64,000 bases of DNA from Promethearchaeota archaeon (GTDB taxonomy: Archaea; Asgardarchaeota; Lokiarchaeia; Sigyniarchaeales; SOKP01), in NCBI GenBank assembly GCA_016840085.1, contig JAEOTA010000084.1:10401-74400 (forward strand). The letters run 5' to 3'. Positions 32,063 to 42,255 of this stretch are shown in pieces (position 1 is the first letter of the stretch; each line of letters opens with the position of its first letter). Under the pieces are notes generated by a model, which saw nothing but the letters and a program-made list of their open reading frames with translations, had not been told where the DNA came from and did not search any database. A program made the position numbers and the translations under genes.

Positions 32063-32119
32063 ATGATTATGGCAACTGTAATATATTTTACTTGGCAGTG
32101 GCCTTGGTGGCGGCAATAG
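32063..32119 (+). promoter_or_regulatory. Trp-rich leader peptide uORF (trpL-like), MIMATVIYFTWQWPWWRQ
   Basis: ATG...TGG CAG TGG CCT TGG TGG CGG CAA TAG, 128 nt upstream of trpB2; overlapping alternative stems. Confidence 0.85.
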
Positions 32120-32247
32120 CGCCATATGCATAGGATTAAACCAAACTAATATTCTCATTTTAATATTAAAATCTCCCTTAAATGCGCATTAATTTTATTG
32201 ATTTCCAATATTTTAATGAAACACTTTAAAAAAAATATGAACAGATT

Positions 32248-33663
32248 ATGGGAAATAAAATGGTAGATTATTTTAATGGAAGAGTTTTATTACAACCGAA
32301 TGAAATACCGAAAGAGTGGGTAAATATTTTACCAGATTTACCCTCTCCTATGACGCCCTTAATAAATCCAATGGATGGAAAACCAGCACCCCCAGAAATG
32401 GCGCTGGCAATATTTCCAAAAGAATGTGTAATGCAAGAAATATCTCAAGAACCAACAATTCCAATTCCAAAGGATTTGAGGGAAATTTTTGCTAGATCTT
32501 ATAGACCAAGTCCTCTTCATCGTGCTTTAGGATTAGAAAAATCGTTAGGAATAGAAGGTGATGATATAAAAATTTTTTATAAGAATGAATCATATTCCCC
32601 TACAGGTTCTCACAAACCAAACACAGCAATAACACAAGCATATTATGCGAAAAAAGAAGGGCTTGAAGAACTAGTAACAGAAACAGGAGCCGGACAATGG
32701 GGTTCTGGTTTATCTTATGGATGTAATTTATTTGGATTGAAATGTACTGTCTATATGGTAAGAATCAGTTTTATTCAAAAACCAGGTAGAAAGATTTTGA
32801 TGGAAGCTTACAATGCTAAAGTGCACGCAAGCCCTTCGAAGTTTACCGAATCAGGAAAAAAATTTCTTGAAAAAGATCCAGAGCATCCGGGTAGTTTAGG
32901 AATCGCTATATCTGAAGCATTAGAACATAGTCTAAAAAGTGAAAAAATAAAATATTCTCTTGGAAGTGTTGTAAACTTTGTACTCTTGCATCAGACTATT
33001 GTAGGTCAAGAAGCAAAATTACAATTAGCAAAAGTCGGTATAACTAAACCTGATATAATAATTGGATGTATGGGAGGTGGATCTAATTTTTCGGGGTTAA
33101 TGATCCCTTTTGTTAAAGACAAATTACATGGTAAACTTCCAGATCTTGAAATAATTGGTGTAGAACCACGAGCTTGTCCTAGCGTTTGTAAAGGACAATA
33201 TCGATGGGATTTTGGAGATACTTCTATGAAAGGTCCAATTGTAAAAATGTATACTTTAGGACACTCATTTATTCCGAGTCCAATTCATGCTGGAGGTTTG
33301 AGGTATCATGGAATGGCTCCAATAATTTCAATTCTTAATAATAACAATGTTATCTCTGCAACTATGCATCATCAAACAGAAGTTATAAAGTCAGGGCTTC
33401 TCTTTACTAAAGCTGAAGGAATCCTTCCTGCTCCTGAAACGGCTCATGCAATAAAAGAAACAGTTGATCAAGCATTAAAAGCTAAAGAAAACAATGAAAA
33501 GAAGGTCATCCTTTTTAATTTCAGCGGTCATGGATTTTTTGATTTACTAGCTTATAAACAATACATGTCTGGAGAATTGGAGGATTATGAATTATCTTCA
33601 GAAGAAATTCAAAAAGCTTTATCATCACGAGAAATGCCTAATATTGATGAATCTCAATTTTAA
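32248..33663 (+). CDS. trpB: Tryptophan synthase beta chain, type 2 (TrpB2)
   Basis: YRPSPLHRA, SPTGSHKPN (PLP lysine), TETGAGQWG, GSLGIAISEA, IHAGGLRYHG, FSGHG. Confidence 0.97.
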   Translation: MGNKMVDYFNGRVLLQPNEIPKEWVNILPDLPSPMTPLINPMDGKPAPPEMALAIFPKECVMQEISQEPTIPIPKDLREIFARSYRPSPLHRALGLEKSLGIEGDDIKIFYKNESYSPTGSHKPNTAITQAYYAKKEGLEELVTETGAGQWGSGLSYGCNLFGLKCTVYMVRISFIQKPGRKILMEAYNAKVHASPSKFTESGKKFLEKDPEHPGSLGIAISEALEHSLKSEKIKYSLGSVVNFVLLHQTIVGQEAKLQLAKVGITKPDIIIGCMGGGSNFSGLMIPFVKDKLHGKLPDLEIIGVEPRACPSVCKGQYRWDFGDTSMKGPIVKMYTLGHSFIPSPIHAGGLRYHGMAPIISILNNNNVISATMHHQTEVIKSGLLFTKAEGILPAPETAHAIKETVDQALKAKENNEKKVILFNFSGHGFFDLLAYKQYMSGELEDYELSSEEIQKALSSREMPNIDESQF

Positions 33664-33745
33664 TCAATATTTTTTTTTATAGTTAAATAAAATCTTAAAA
33701 TAAAGGATTATTTTAAATATTAAAGCTTTGTGAGAATGGTAATAT

Positions 33746-34813
33746 TTGAACATAGTTTCACTCCTAATTTTTTGCATTATGTATTTTTATGGGATATTGC
33801 TCTTTTATATCACTTATTTAGCAAAAAAAAAAGGGGAAAAAGGAGCCTATATTAATAACTTATTTGTCACACTTGTATTTCTTATAGCACTTACGTTTTA
33901 TTTGTTTATTATTTACAATATTAATCCTTTGGGTCATGAGTTTGTAGCTTTTCCTTTTGATATTTTAATAATTTTTTTCATTTTTATATTCATTCCATTG
34001 TTTTTTCTATTGGTTTTTCGCGAAAAAATGAGAATTAAAGGAAGAAATTTAATAAACGGAAAAATAAAACTATATAAATCTGAATTACCACTAAAGTATG
34101 AAATTTATAGGAAACTAACACATTTAGTTGTTTTAAGTATAATTTTATTTTATTTCACCCTTGGGTTTTTAATTCAAGATTTTTTCGTCTATTTTTTGGA
34201 ACTTTTTCCACAATTTCAAACAAAAATGTTATATATTGGGGGAGATACTATGGTCTTTACTCAACATTTAGTTATTTTTTTAGTAGGAATCTCATTGATA
34301 GGGTTACTAACTGCAGATTTTATAAGAATTTTGATGCCTAAATATTATCCATTGAAGCCTATTAATCAATTATTACGTGAAAAAGAACTATATATGAGGT
34401 TAGGTCCTCAAATCTCTATGAGTATTAGCTGTTTTTCGACAATTATTCTTTTTGGTTATATCCAACCACTTGGACCCTTAATAATTTGTACATCAATGAC
34501 AATGGCAATTTTCGGAGATATAGCGTCCAATTTAATTGGAAAATATATTGGAAAAAAAAAAATTCGAAGTACAAATAAAACTTATGAAGGTTTATATGCG
34601 GGGATTATTACTGCTTTTATCTCTGGAATTATTATATTATTGCTGTTGAGGAATTTTTATGATAAAAATATCTTTTTTTTATTTCTGATTCCTACTATTG
34701 GTACTCTTATTATTGGTTTAATAGATTATTTGGATTTAGAAATTGATGATAATTTATCGTATAATTTCACTTTATCAACAATTTTTTTTTTCATTTCAAT
34801 TTTTCTGGTATAA
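33746..34813 (+). CDS. Polyprenol/dolichol kinase-like (CTP_transf_1) membrane protein
   Basis: RKLTH, GD..S..IG...G, NKTYEG, IDDNL motifs; multi-TM. Confidence 0.8.
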   Translation: MNIVSLLIFCIMYFYGILLFYITYLAKKKGEKGAYINNLFVTLVFLIALTFYLFIIYNINPLGHEFVAFPFDILIIFFIFIFIPLFFLLVFREKMRIKGRNLINGKIKLYKSELPLKYEIYRKLTHLVVLSIILFYFTLGFLIQDFFVYFLELFPQFQTKMLYIGGDTMVFTQHLVIFLVGISLIGLLTADFIRILMPKYYPLKPINQLLREKELYMRLGPQISMSISCFSTIILFGYIQPLGPLIICTSMTMAIFGDIASNLIGKYIGKKKIRSTNKTYEGLYAGIITAFISGIIILLLLRNFYDKNIFFLFLIPTIGTLIIGLIDYLDLEIDDNLSYNFTLSTIFFFISIFLV

Positions 34814-34871
34814 ATGAAATTGTGTTATTACAAACATTTCAAAAATTTTATCAATTAAGAGAATTTTATTT

Positions 34872-35384
34872 ATGAAAATGTTAGAAGAAAAATTAAAAAT
34901 AGACAAAATTTCGAAAGGGACCGTTATTGATCATATTGATGCCGGATATGCTTTAACGATCCTTAATCTTACAGGTCTCGATGAATCTAAGAACTTAATA
35001 ACTATAGGTGTTAATGTTTCCTCAAAAAAATTTCAAACTAAAGATATTATTAAAATTGAAAATGTTTTTCTAAACAAAACACAGATGCAACAAATTTCTA
35101 TATTATCACCTAATGCAACTATCTCATTAATTGAGAATTATAAAGTAATTGAAAAGAAAAAAGTGAAACTCCCTAAGATAATAAAAAAATTAATTCTATG
35201 TGTTAATCAAACTTGTATTTCAAATTCAGAAAAAGAACCAATATCAACTGAGTTCATGGTTCTTGAAGAAAAGCCGTTAAAGATTCAATGTATCTATTGT
35301 GAAAGAATCTATAAGTTAGAAGAAATTGTATTTACTTCTAAAGAAAAAAAAGAGAAAAAAGTAAAACAGACATTACACTTATAA
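34872..35384 (+). CDS. pyrI: Aspartate carbamoyltransferase regulatory chain
   Basis: GTVIDHI.AG, KDIIKIE, PNATI, C.N..CISN, C.YCE. Confidence 0.97.
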   Translation: MKMLEEKLKIDKISKGTVIDHIDAGYALTILNLTGLDESKNLITIGVNVSSKKFQTKDIIKIENVFLNKTQMQQISILSPNATISLIENYKVIEKKKVKLPKIIKKLILCVNQTCISNSEKEPISTEFMVLEEKPLKIQCIYCERIYKLEEIVFTSKEKKEKKVKQTLHL

Positions 35385-35401
35385 TTTATAATTGAACAGT
35401 C

Positions 35402-35842
35402 CTAAATAAAGAGTTCAAGTATAGAAGAGAAACTAGGTAGAAATTTCAGCAGTGTATGAATAAAAACGCTTACTATCATAAATAAAAAGAAAAAAATACC
35501 AATTCCGGGTAAAAAAATATTTTTCCAGGCCCAATCTTCCTTATTATATTCAAATTTTAATATTAAGAAACTTACAATAAAGGGAAATAAAAACCACCAT
35601 ACTAGCATCCATGTAAATAAGAGCCACCCTATAAATCCGAATATAAATCTCCCTATAAAAGCACTTAACGCTCCAGTTATAGCACGTATCCAATATAATT
35701 TTGTTTCTTTCTCTAATCGAACATCTAATTCATTTGTAGTCTTTTTCTCTATTTTGATATCTTTTTTTTGAAATTCTTTCCTTCTCTCCTTTAATAACTT
35801 TTTTCTCCTTTTTTTAATATCTACCTTCTTATGCTTTCCCAT
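35402..35842 (-). CDS. EMC6/Rab5ip-like 3-TM membrane protein
   Basis: Basic N-terminus, YWIR...G...G TM1, C-terminal F..GIGIFFFLF.....HTL. Confidence 0.55.
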   Translation of the reverse strand: MGKHKKVDIKKRRKKLLKERRKEFQKKDIKIEKKTTNELDVRLEKETKLYWIRAITGALSAFIGRFIFGFIGWLLFTWMLVWWFLFPFIVSFLILKFEYNKEDWAWKNIFLPGIGIFFFLFMIVSVFIHTLLKFLPSFSSILELFI

Positions 35843-35913
35843 AATTATTAATATAAATATTATTTACTATAAAAATAATTATACATGTTAATATACTAAA
35901 AAATAGCTGAAGT

Positions 35914-37968
35914 ATGATTATACCAACTAAAGAATTTTCCAATTTTGATGTTTTCGCTATTGTTAAAGAATTGGATGCTATCTTGGTAAATAGCATAATC
36001 TCTAATATTTATGAAATTGAAGATTTATTAATATTAAAATTAAAAACTGATTTCGGAAAAAAAAATCTAATTATAAAAAAAGATGCTCGTATCAACTTAA
36101 CTGAATATGATTACCCAATACCTGATTTTCCTAGTCAGTACATTAGATCTTTTAGAAAATTACTGAAAAATAGGAAAATTTTAAGGATCTCTCAATATAA
36201 ATTTGATAGAATTATCATAATAGAGTTGAGTAATCTTGAGACTGGTCCTTGGAAATTTATTATTGAATTATTCAATAAAGGAAATTTCTTGTTATTAGAT
36301 GAAAATAACCTAATAATAATTGCAAAAAAATATAAAAAGTTCAAGGATAGAAATATACTTGCTAAAAGAGAATATATCTATCCTAAATCTTATGGAAGAG
36401 ATTTCTTAACTATAAAAAAGGAAGAATTTATAGAATTATTTAAAAACTCCAATAATGAAATCGTTAGAGACATATCAAGAAAAATACACCTTTCAGGATT
36501 ATATAGTGAAGAAATATGTTTCCAAAGTAATATAAATAAGAAGACTCCTAGTAGCGAAATTAAAAATGATGAATATGATAAACTATTTGAAGCTTTTAGA
36601 AAATTAAGAAATCAATTATTATTCGATCAGATAAATGCTCATATTATAATTGACAAACACGGACAAGAAATTTCTGTATTGCCTTTCGAAATCAAAATTT
36701 TAAAAGATCATGAAAAAAAGCATTTTAATTCATTTAATGAAGCAGTTGATGATTTTTTTTCAAAAATAGATATTAAAGATATAAAAACTCCAAAAGATAA
36801 AAAAATTGATGGGTTAATCAAAAGTCAAGAAAAAATCTTAAAAAATCAAACTAATTATCTTAAAGAGCTTAAAGAGAAAAAAAAAATCTATTATGAAATA
36901 GGAGATTTCATATATGCTAATTTCAATAAGTTTGAAAAAATAATTTCAGTAATAAATAATGCAAAAAAGAAGGGATTTTCTTGGGAAGAGATTAATAACA
37001 AATTTCGAAACGCTAAGGAGGAAAATTTAGAAGGAACCGAATATTTTGAAAAAATCATTCTTTCTACTAATCACGTCTTACTTAACGTTAATGGTAATGA
37101 AGTATATTTTGATTTAAAAGAAACTATTGGAGAAAATGCTAATCTTATCTATTCTAAAGGAAAAAAAGCCGAAAAAAAAATAACTGGAACAATATTAGCT
37201 ATTGAAAAGACCAAAAAAAATATCGAAAAATTCAAGCTTGAGAAAGAATCATTAGAAACAGAAATTAATTTCCTAATCAAGAAACCTAAGAAAAAATGGT
37301 ACGAAAAATTTAGATGGTTTATCTCTTCTGATGGATATTTAATTATTGGAGGAAAAGATGCAATATCTAATGAAATATTATTCAAAAAGTATATAGATAG
37401 ATCCGATCTGGTATTTCACACGAATTTCCCAGGTTCTCCATTAACTATTATTAAAAATCAAGAAAATAAAAAAATTCCTCAAACAACCATAAAAGAAACT
37501 GCAGATTTTGTTGCTAGTTATTCACGAGCTTGGAAAGAAAATTGGGGTATAGTTGATGTTTTCAATGTTAAATCAAACCAAATTTCAAAAAATCCCCCCT
37601 CAGGTGAATATTTACAAAAAGGCTCTTTTATAATTTCGGGTAAAAAAAATATTATCAAAAATGGAAAAACAGAACTCGCTATTGGATTAAAATTTAATGA
37701 AATAGAATCTAGTTCAAATACAGAGGATAAAATTTTCTATCCTAAAATTGTCTGTGGGCCTGTACAGGCAATAAAGAAGCAAACAAACACATTTATTACC
37801 TTAATACCCTCAAAATCGAGTGGCTTAACGAAAGGTAAACTCGCGAAAAAAATAAAGTCACATTATCTTAAAAATGTAAATGAAGATCTAAAAAAGTGGG
37901 TCAATTTATTATCCATTGATGAGATTATTTTATATCTTCCTTCTGGATCTTCAAAATTTAAAGATTAA
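35914..37968 (+). CDS. rqcH: Ribosome quality control protein RqcH/NEMF (NFACT)
   Basis: FSNFDV, FDRII, IELFNKGN, KWYEKFRWFISSDG...GGKDA..NE, GSP, PSGEYL.KGSF. Confidence 0.96.
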   Translation: MIIPTKEFSNFDVFAIVKELDAILVNSIISNIYEIEDLLILKLKTDFGKKNLIIKKDARINLTEYDYPIPDFPSQYIRSFRKLLKNRKILRISQYKFDRIIIIELSNLETGPWKFIIELFNKGNFLLLDENNLIIIAKKYKKFKDRNILAKREYIYPKSYGRDFLTIKKEEFIELFKNSNNEIVRDISRKIHLSGLYSEEICFQSNINKKTPSSEIKNDEYDKLFEAFRKLRNQLLFDQINAHIIIDKHGQEISVLPFEIKILKDHEKKHFNSFNEAVDDFFSKIDIKDIKTPKDKKIDGLIKSQEKILKNQTNYLKELKEKKKIYYEIGDFIYANFNKFEKIISVINNAKKKGFSWEEINNKFRNAKEENLEGTEYFEKIILSTNHVLLNVNGNEVYFDLKETIGENANLIYSKGKKAEKKITGTILAIEKTKKNIEKFKLEKESLETEINFLIKKPKKKWYEKFRWFISSDGYLIIGGKDAISNEILFKKYIDRSDLVFHTNFPGSPLTIIKNQENKKIPQTTIKETADFVASYSRAWKENWGIVDVFNVKSNQISKNPPSGEYLQKGSFIISGKKNIIKNGKTELAIGLKFNEIESSSNTEDKIFYPKIVCGPVQAIKKQTNTFITLIPSKSSGLTKGKLAKKIKSHYLKNVNEDLKKWVNLLSIDEIILYLPSGSSKFKD

Positions 37969-38708
37969 AAGGAATTAATCCAATTTTTTATATTTAAGAT
38001 ATTCTCATAATTATCGAATAAAATTCCATCTATTCCTAATTTTATTAATATTTCAATTTTACTCAAGGGATCCTCAAATTTAAGAAAATCCCATCCTAAT
38101 GCTAAAATCCCGTTCTTATGACTAATATTAATGAATTCCTTAGATATCAAATCAGATCTTAAACTAATCAAATCAGGTTTGAAGTATAGTACCTTTTTCT
38201 TACCTAATTTTAAAAATTCTGAAATTTTCAATCCAACACCTTTAGTTATATTATAACACACCTTACTTTGAAAATAATTATTTTTTATAAATTCTAAATC
38301 ACTTAAACACCTCCCACTAAAAATTACATCATCAAATAACCTAATTTTTTCTATTAGTTTCGGGATGCCTTCTTTTAAACCTTCTTCCTTTAATTCAATC
38401 ATAAATTTTGTTTTTCCTTTTAACTTATTCAAAATTTCAAATAGAGATGGGATGTGAGAATGATTGAAATTTGTTTTTAACCTTCTAATTTCATTGAAAG
38501 TGAAATTTTTTAATAAGCCTAAGCCATTTGTGGTTCTTTCTAAAGATAAATCATGCATTATAACAAATTTCTCATCTTTAGTCTTCCTAACATCAAATTC
38601 AATATAGTCTGCTCCATATTCAATTGCCTTATCAAAAGCAACTAATGTATTCTCGTCAAATTTAGTTCTAGTCCCTCTATGCCCTATAAATATAAATTCT
38701 TTTACCAT
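37965..38708 (-). CDS. Glycerophosphodiester phosphodiesterase
   Basis: IGHRG, ENTL.AF, IEFDVR.TKD, MHD..L.RTT, IELK. Confidence 0.95.
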   Translation of the reverse strand: MVKEFIFIGHRGTRTKFDENTLVAFDKAIEYGADYIEFDVRKTKDEKFVIMHDLSLERTTNGLGLLKNFTFNEIRRLKTNFNHSHIPSLFEILNKLKGKTKFMIELKEEGLKEGIPKLIEKIRLFDDVIFSGRCLSDLEFIKNNYFQSKVCYNITKGVGLKISEFLKLGKKKVLYFKPDLISLRSDLISKEFINISHKNGILALGWDFLKFEDPLSKIEILIKLGIDGILFDNYENILNIKNWINSF

Positions 38709-38715
38709 TTTATTC

Positions 38716-39132
38716 TTAATTTTCTTGGACTAAATACAAATAAATGAGAATTAAAATAAGTCCCAATATTGTAAAAAAGAAGGTCCATAGATTTAGAAGA
38801 GTTTGTCCAATAGAAAATCCAAAGAGCAATAATAATTCTTTCCAATCTAATGGTTTACCTGTTAATTCTTTATAATTCCCCATACTAGTTAACATAAACA
38901 AAAAAAATAGAAGAACCACCAATACTTGAATTAATATTTCAATAATATTAATAATGGGATTTTTATCAATAAACATTGATAAGATTCCCATATTAACAAA
39001 GAGAGATATAATGTAAAAGATACCCCCCAAAATTGCCGAATTTATAACAGTTCTATATGCAAGTTGCTCATCAGTTTTGTATTTTTCTTCTATCTGATTT
39101 TTTTTATTTGGATGTTTTGCAATTTTTGACAT
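38716..39132 (-). CDS. Membrane protein
   Basis: ORF track; hydrophobic segments. Confidence 0.7.
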   Translation of the reverse strand: MSKIAKHPNKKNQIEEKYKTDEQLAYRTVINSAILGGIFYIISLFVNMGILSMFIDKNPIINIIEILIQVLVVLLFFLFMLTSMGNYKELTGKPLDWKELLLLFGFSIGQTLLNLWTFFFTILGLILILIYLYLVQEN

Positions 39133-39133
39133 A

Positions 39134-39928
39134 TTATCGTCTTATTCTTTCTATTTTTTTCTTTAATTTAAAGATTCTATAAATATAAAACCCATATAAA
39201 AACCCAAGAATACAAAAAATAATAATGGATAAGATAAAAAGCGTTAAATTTATGAATGGCTCTTTCTTGAGAGGAGGTGAATTGATGGTTATTAGAACGA
39301 TTTCACTTTTTTTAATCCCATTGGGATATGAAGCAATATCTCCATAAGTTATGTTGAATGCATATGTTGTTCCATAATTCAACATTATATCTTCTTTATC
39401 TTCATCTGAACTATCAATTGGAATCGAGAATTCATAAGTTGATGTAACGCCTTCAAGTTTAGCGGATCCCTCACCATGATAAATTGTATCATTAATAAAA
39501 ACGCTTTTATTAATATTATAATCAAGGTAATCAAACGAAGCATTAAAAATATCAGTAAATTGAATGATTTTGGCATCAATAAAATCTTCTAGATCTTTAG
39601 AGGAACTATTTGATATCAAAATTCCTATAAATTCATTAACGCTATGATCATTGATTTCTATATTAAATTGTACAGAAAGAAAAAGATAATCATCATTTTG
39701 CATAACCCAGAATTTTATCGGTAATCCTGTTAAATTAATTTGAACTTTTGTAGCTTTATTCCATTCCTTAATTGAATCGTCAATATACCCATCTATAACA
39801 GGAGGCTCTCCAAATTCGGGAGTAATTTCTTCCGTTAATCCATAACCCTCTATAATAAATAGAAATGAAATTAAGGAAGTATTTGCTAATAGGATATAAA
39901 TAAGAAAATTAATAGTTAACTTCTTCAA
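39134..39928 (-). CDS. Membrane-anchored extracellular protein, DOMON/CBM9-like domain
   Basis: Signal/TM N-terminus, PVIDG....EW, YEFSIP, C-terminal TM plus basic tail. Confidence 0.7.
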   Translation of the reverse strand: MKKLTINFLIYILLANTSLISFLFIIEGYGLTEEITPEFGEPPVIDGYIDDSIKEWNKATKVQINLTGLPIKFWVMQNDDYLFLSVQFNIEINDHSVNEFIGILISNSSSKDLEDFIDAKIIQFTDIFNASFDYLDYNINKSVFINDTIYHGEGSAKLEGVTSTYEFSIPIDSSDEDKEDIMLNYGTTYAFNITYGDIASYPNGIKKSEIVLITINSPPLKKEPFINLTLFILSIIIFCILGFLYGFYIYRIFKLKKKIERIRR

Positions 39929-40141
39929 GATTTTAAAGTTGTTTATTATATAGTTTTTCTATTTTTAGTTTTATCTAATTTTAAAATTGATAATTAAAAG
40001 TTGTTTTTTAAATTTCGCATGTAATTATAATAAAACAATGAATATGATAATTTTCCTTGCTTTCCTCAAAAAAAAATAAATTTGTAAATTAATAAAACTA
40101 ATTAAATAAAGATAAAATTTTTAATTATACTTTTTCTCAAT

Positions 40142-40606
40142 TCAAGGTAAGAAATTTGGAAGGAATATTGCACAGTTGAATTTATTCATATAAGCAATGA
40201 TATAATTAATTAAGCGCATAATTTCTCTTTTCGCTTCTTGCATATTTTTATTGTTATATTCTGCAAATGGTTTAGGGCCTATCGCTACAAGAATTCCCGA
40301 TAAGTCTTTTTCTCTTTTAATAAAAAACCAAAAGGGTTTTTTCTTCTCATTATCTTTAACCATCAAAAGCATCCAAGGATTTAATGTCCAATCATCTTGA
40401 TCAGGTCCTACAACTTTTTCAATTGCCTTCTTAGTGAAATATTTTTTAGTTATTTTAATAGTTTTTGTAAGAGCATTAAAATAACTTCTTTTTATTTTTA
40501 AATACCCACCAAAATAGGATTTAGCATCAAATAATTCAAGTACTTTATCAGTTTCATCAGAAAATTTTAAAAATACTTTCCAAAGATTCATACTCAATTG
40601 TCTCAA
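40142..40606 (-). CDS. Hypothetical protein
   Basis: ORF track; 4-nt overlap with the upstream gene. Confidence 0.75.
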   Translation of the reverse strand: MRQLSMNLWKVFLKFSDETDKVLELFDAKSYFGGYLKIKRSYFNALTKTIKITKKYFTKKAIEKVVGPDQDDWTLNPWMLLMVKDNEKKKPFWFFIKREKDLSGILVAIGPKPFAEYNNKNMQEAKREIMRLINYIIAYMNKFNCAIFLPNFLP

Positions 40607-41031
40607 ATATTTTTTAATCCAATTTCCTCTATTTTTATTTCTTTGAATATATTTTTAATGTTGTCTAAAGATGCTTTTAAATCCTTGCTTTTTTCCTCAG
40701 ATAAACTTAAATTTAAATAACATTCAAAGAATAAGTGTTTTTTTATTTTTAAAAACCCTGATGTATGGATAACTTGAAATTTTTGAAGAATTTTTGTAAC
40801 TTTTTTAAAAATTTTATTTGATAAATTCCCTCCAAATAAAGTTATTTTTATAATATTTTGTCTATTTATGGGATATATAGTTAATCTTAAAGATTCTTCA
40901 GTAATTGAATGAATTACTAATAGATATTTACAATTCTCTAAAATCTTTAATTCATTTAGAGAAATATTTAAAACTGTTTTAGGAAATTCACTAATATGTT
41001 GAATATAGGCATTTGTTATTCGTGATATCAT
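40603..41031 (-). CDS. Hypothetical protein (possible C-terminal ACT-like fold)
   Basis: ORF track; IHTSG...FECYL pattern. Confidence 0.65.
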   Translation of the reverse strand: MISRITNAYIQHISEFPKTVLNISLNELKILENCKYLLVIHSITEESLRLTIYPINRQNIIKITLFGGNLSNKIFKKVTKILQKFQVIHTSGFLKIKKHLFFECYLNLSLSEEKSKDLKASLDNIKNIFKEIKIEEIGLKNI

Positions 41032-41082
41032 ATTTCATATTAATCTTTTTATTTTAATTTAAATAATCTTATTTTTCTTCTT

Positions 41083-41409
41083 TTATATTTCTAAGTGCTT
41101 CTTTATTGATTTTATAGTACCAGATGTTCTTAAAGGAGAGAAAATTACTCTTTTCCCATTTATATCCCTTATAAGTGTTACTGCTGTTATTATAATCTCT
41201 TTAGTTTCATGAGAGCATCTTATAATCCCTTGATTTTTTTCTAAATCAAGATCTACCAACCATAATCCAATTTTATTGGCTCCTTTCATACCAAAGTATC
41301 GCCATATTGATTGCCAAATAGCTTTTAAAATGTTATTTTGCTCTAATATTAAGTTATCCTCTTTAATTATATTAAAAAGGATATATCTTTGCCTTTCTTT
41401 TTTAACTAT
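41083..41409 (-). CDS. pop5: Ribonuclease P subunit Pop5/Rpp14; probable ATA start at 41409 (track truncates at 41289)
   Basis: Extended frame IVKKERQRYILF...W...FG..G...GIIRC.H...TSGTIK; strong SD GGAGGGGTGA whose TGA is an in-frame stop. Confidence 0.92.
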   Translation of the reverse strand: MVKKERQRYILFNIIKEDNLILEQNNILKAIWQSIWRYFGMKGANKIGLWLVDLDLEKNQGIIRCSHETKEIIITAVTLIRDINGKRVIFSPLRTSGTIKSIKKHLEI

Positions 41410-42130
41410 GATTCACCCCTCCTGAAATTATACTTACATCTGAATCAATTATATCTTCTTTATCTTTATGAATTTCTTCTAACAATAATCTTGGATTTAG
41501 ACCGAAAGCTTTTTTTGCTATTTCTATTGGAATTTCTAAAAGTGAATTGCAGATGCTTATTAAAGCTCTAGGATGGCGATAATCAAACACATTATAAAAA
41601 TTTCCGCTTATAATAAAATTCGCCTTTAATTTAATAGCTAATTGAGTATATCTATATAAATTTCTAAAATTTTTAGATTGGATTTTCTTATCGCTCACCA
41701 TAATTGGAGCTAAAGAGAATTCTATAAATGATTTATTTTGTTTAGATAAGGAAATAATCCCAGCAGAAAGTTTTTTTATTATTTCTGTGTCAGAAAAAGA
41801 GACAATTCCTACTCTTGAATCTTTAGCAGCATGTAATAGTACCTCTCTATTTAAGGATTCAACCGATATAACATCAGAAAAATTATTATAATTCTTTATT
41901 TCTTTTTTAAAATTTCCAATATTAGTTGTTTTCAAATTAATTCGATAAAAAATATTTATATTTGTCTGCTTTTCTATTTCTTTCTTAATCTCTAAAGGAA
42001 TTTTTTTTACATGATTTATAGGCTCTATTATTACATTCTTTATACCTAATTTCTCACAAAAATTTAAACAGCTTTTAATTTTTTTAAAATCTTCAATCTT
42101 TATAGGTAGTCTTGATTCAAAATATGACAA
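41402..42130 (-). CDS. rpp30: Ribonuclease P subunit Rpp30
   Basis: A.KDSRV..., IEFSL, IISG....DYRHPR...NP; adjacent to pop5. Confidence 0.88.
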   Translation of the reverse strand: MSYFESRLPIKIEDFKKIKSCLNFCEKLGIKNVIIEPINHVKKIPLEIKKEIEKQTNINIFYRINLKTTNIGNFKKEIKNYNNFSDVISVESLNREVLLHAAKDSRVGIVSFSDTEIIKKLSAGIISLSKQNKSFIEFSLAPIMVSDKKIQSKNFRNLYRYTQLAIKLKANFIISGNFYNVFDYRHPRALISICNSLLEIPIEIAKKAFGLNPRLLLEEIHKDKEDIIDSDVSIISGGVNHS

Positions 42131-42255
42131 AGGGACAATTACCTCTTAATTTTAGCTTAATATTATATAATTATCTTAGGATATCAAAAAATAAAAAAAT
42201 TTTATTATAAATAAATATTAAAAAGGTTAGTCTTTTAAAAAAATGAGGTTTTCTC

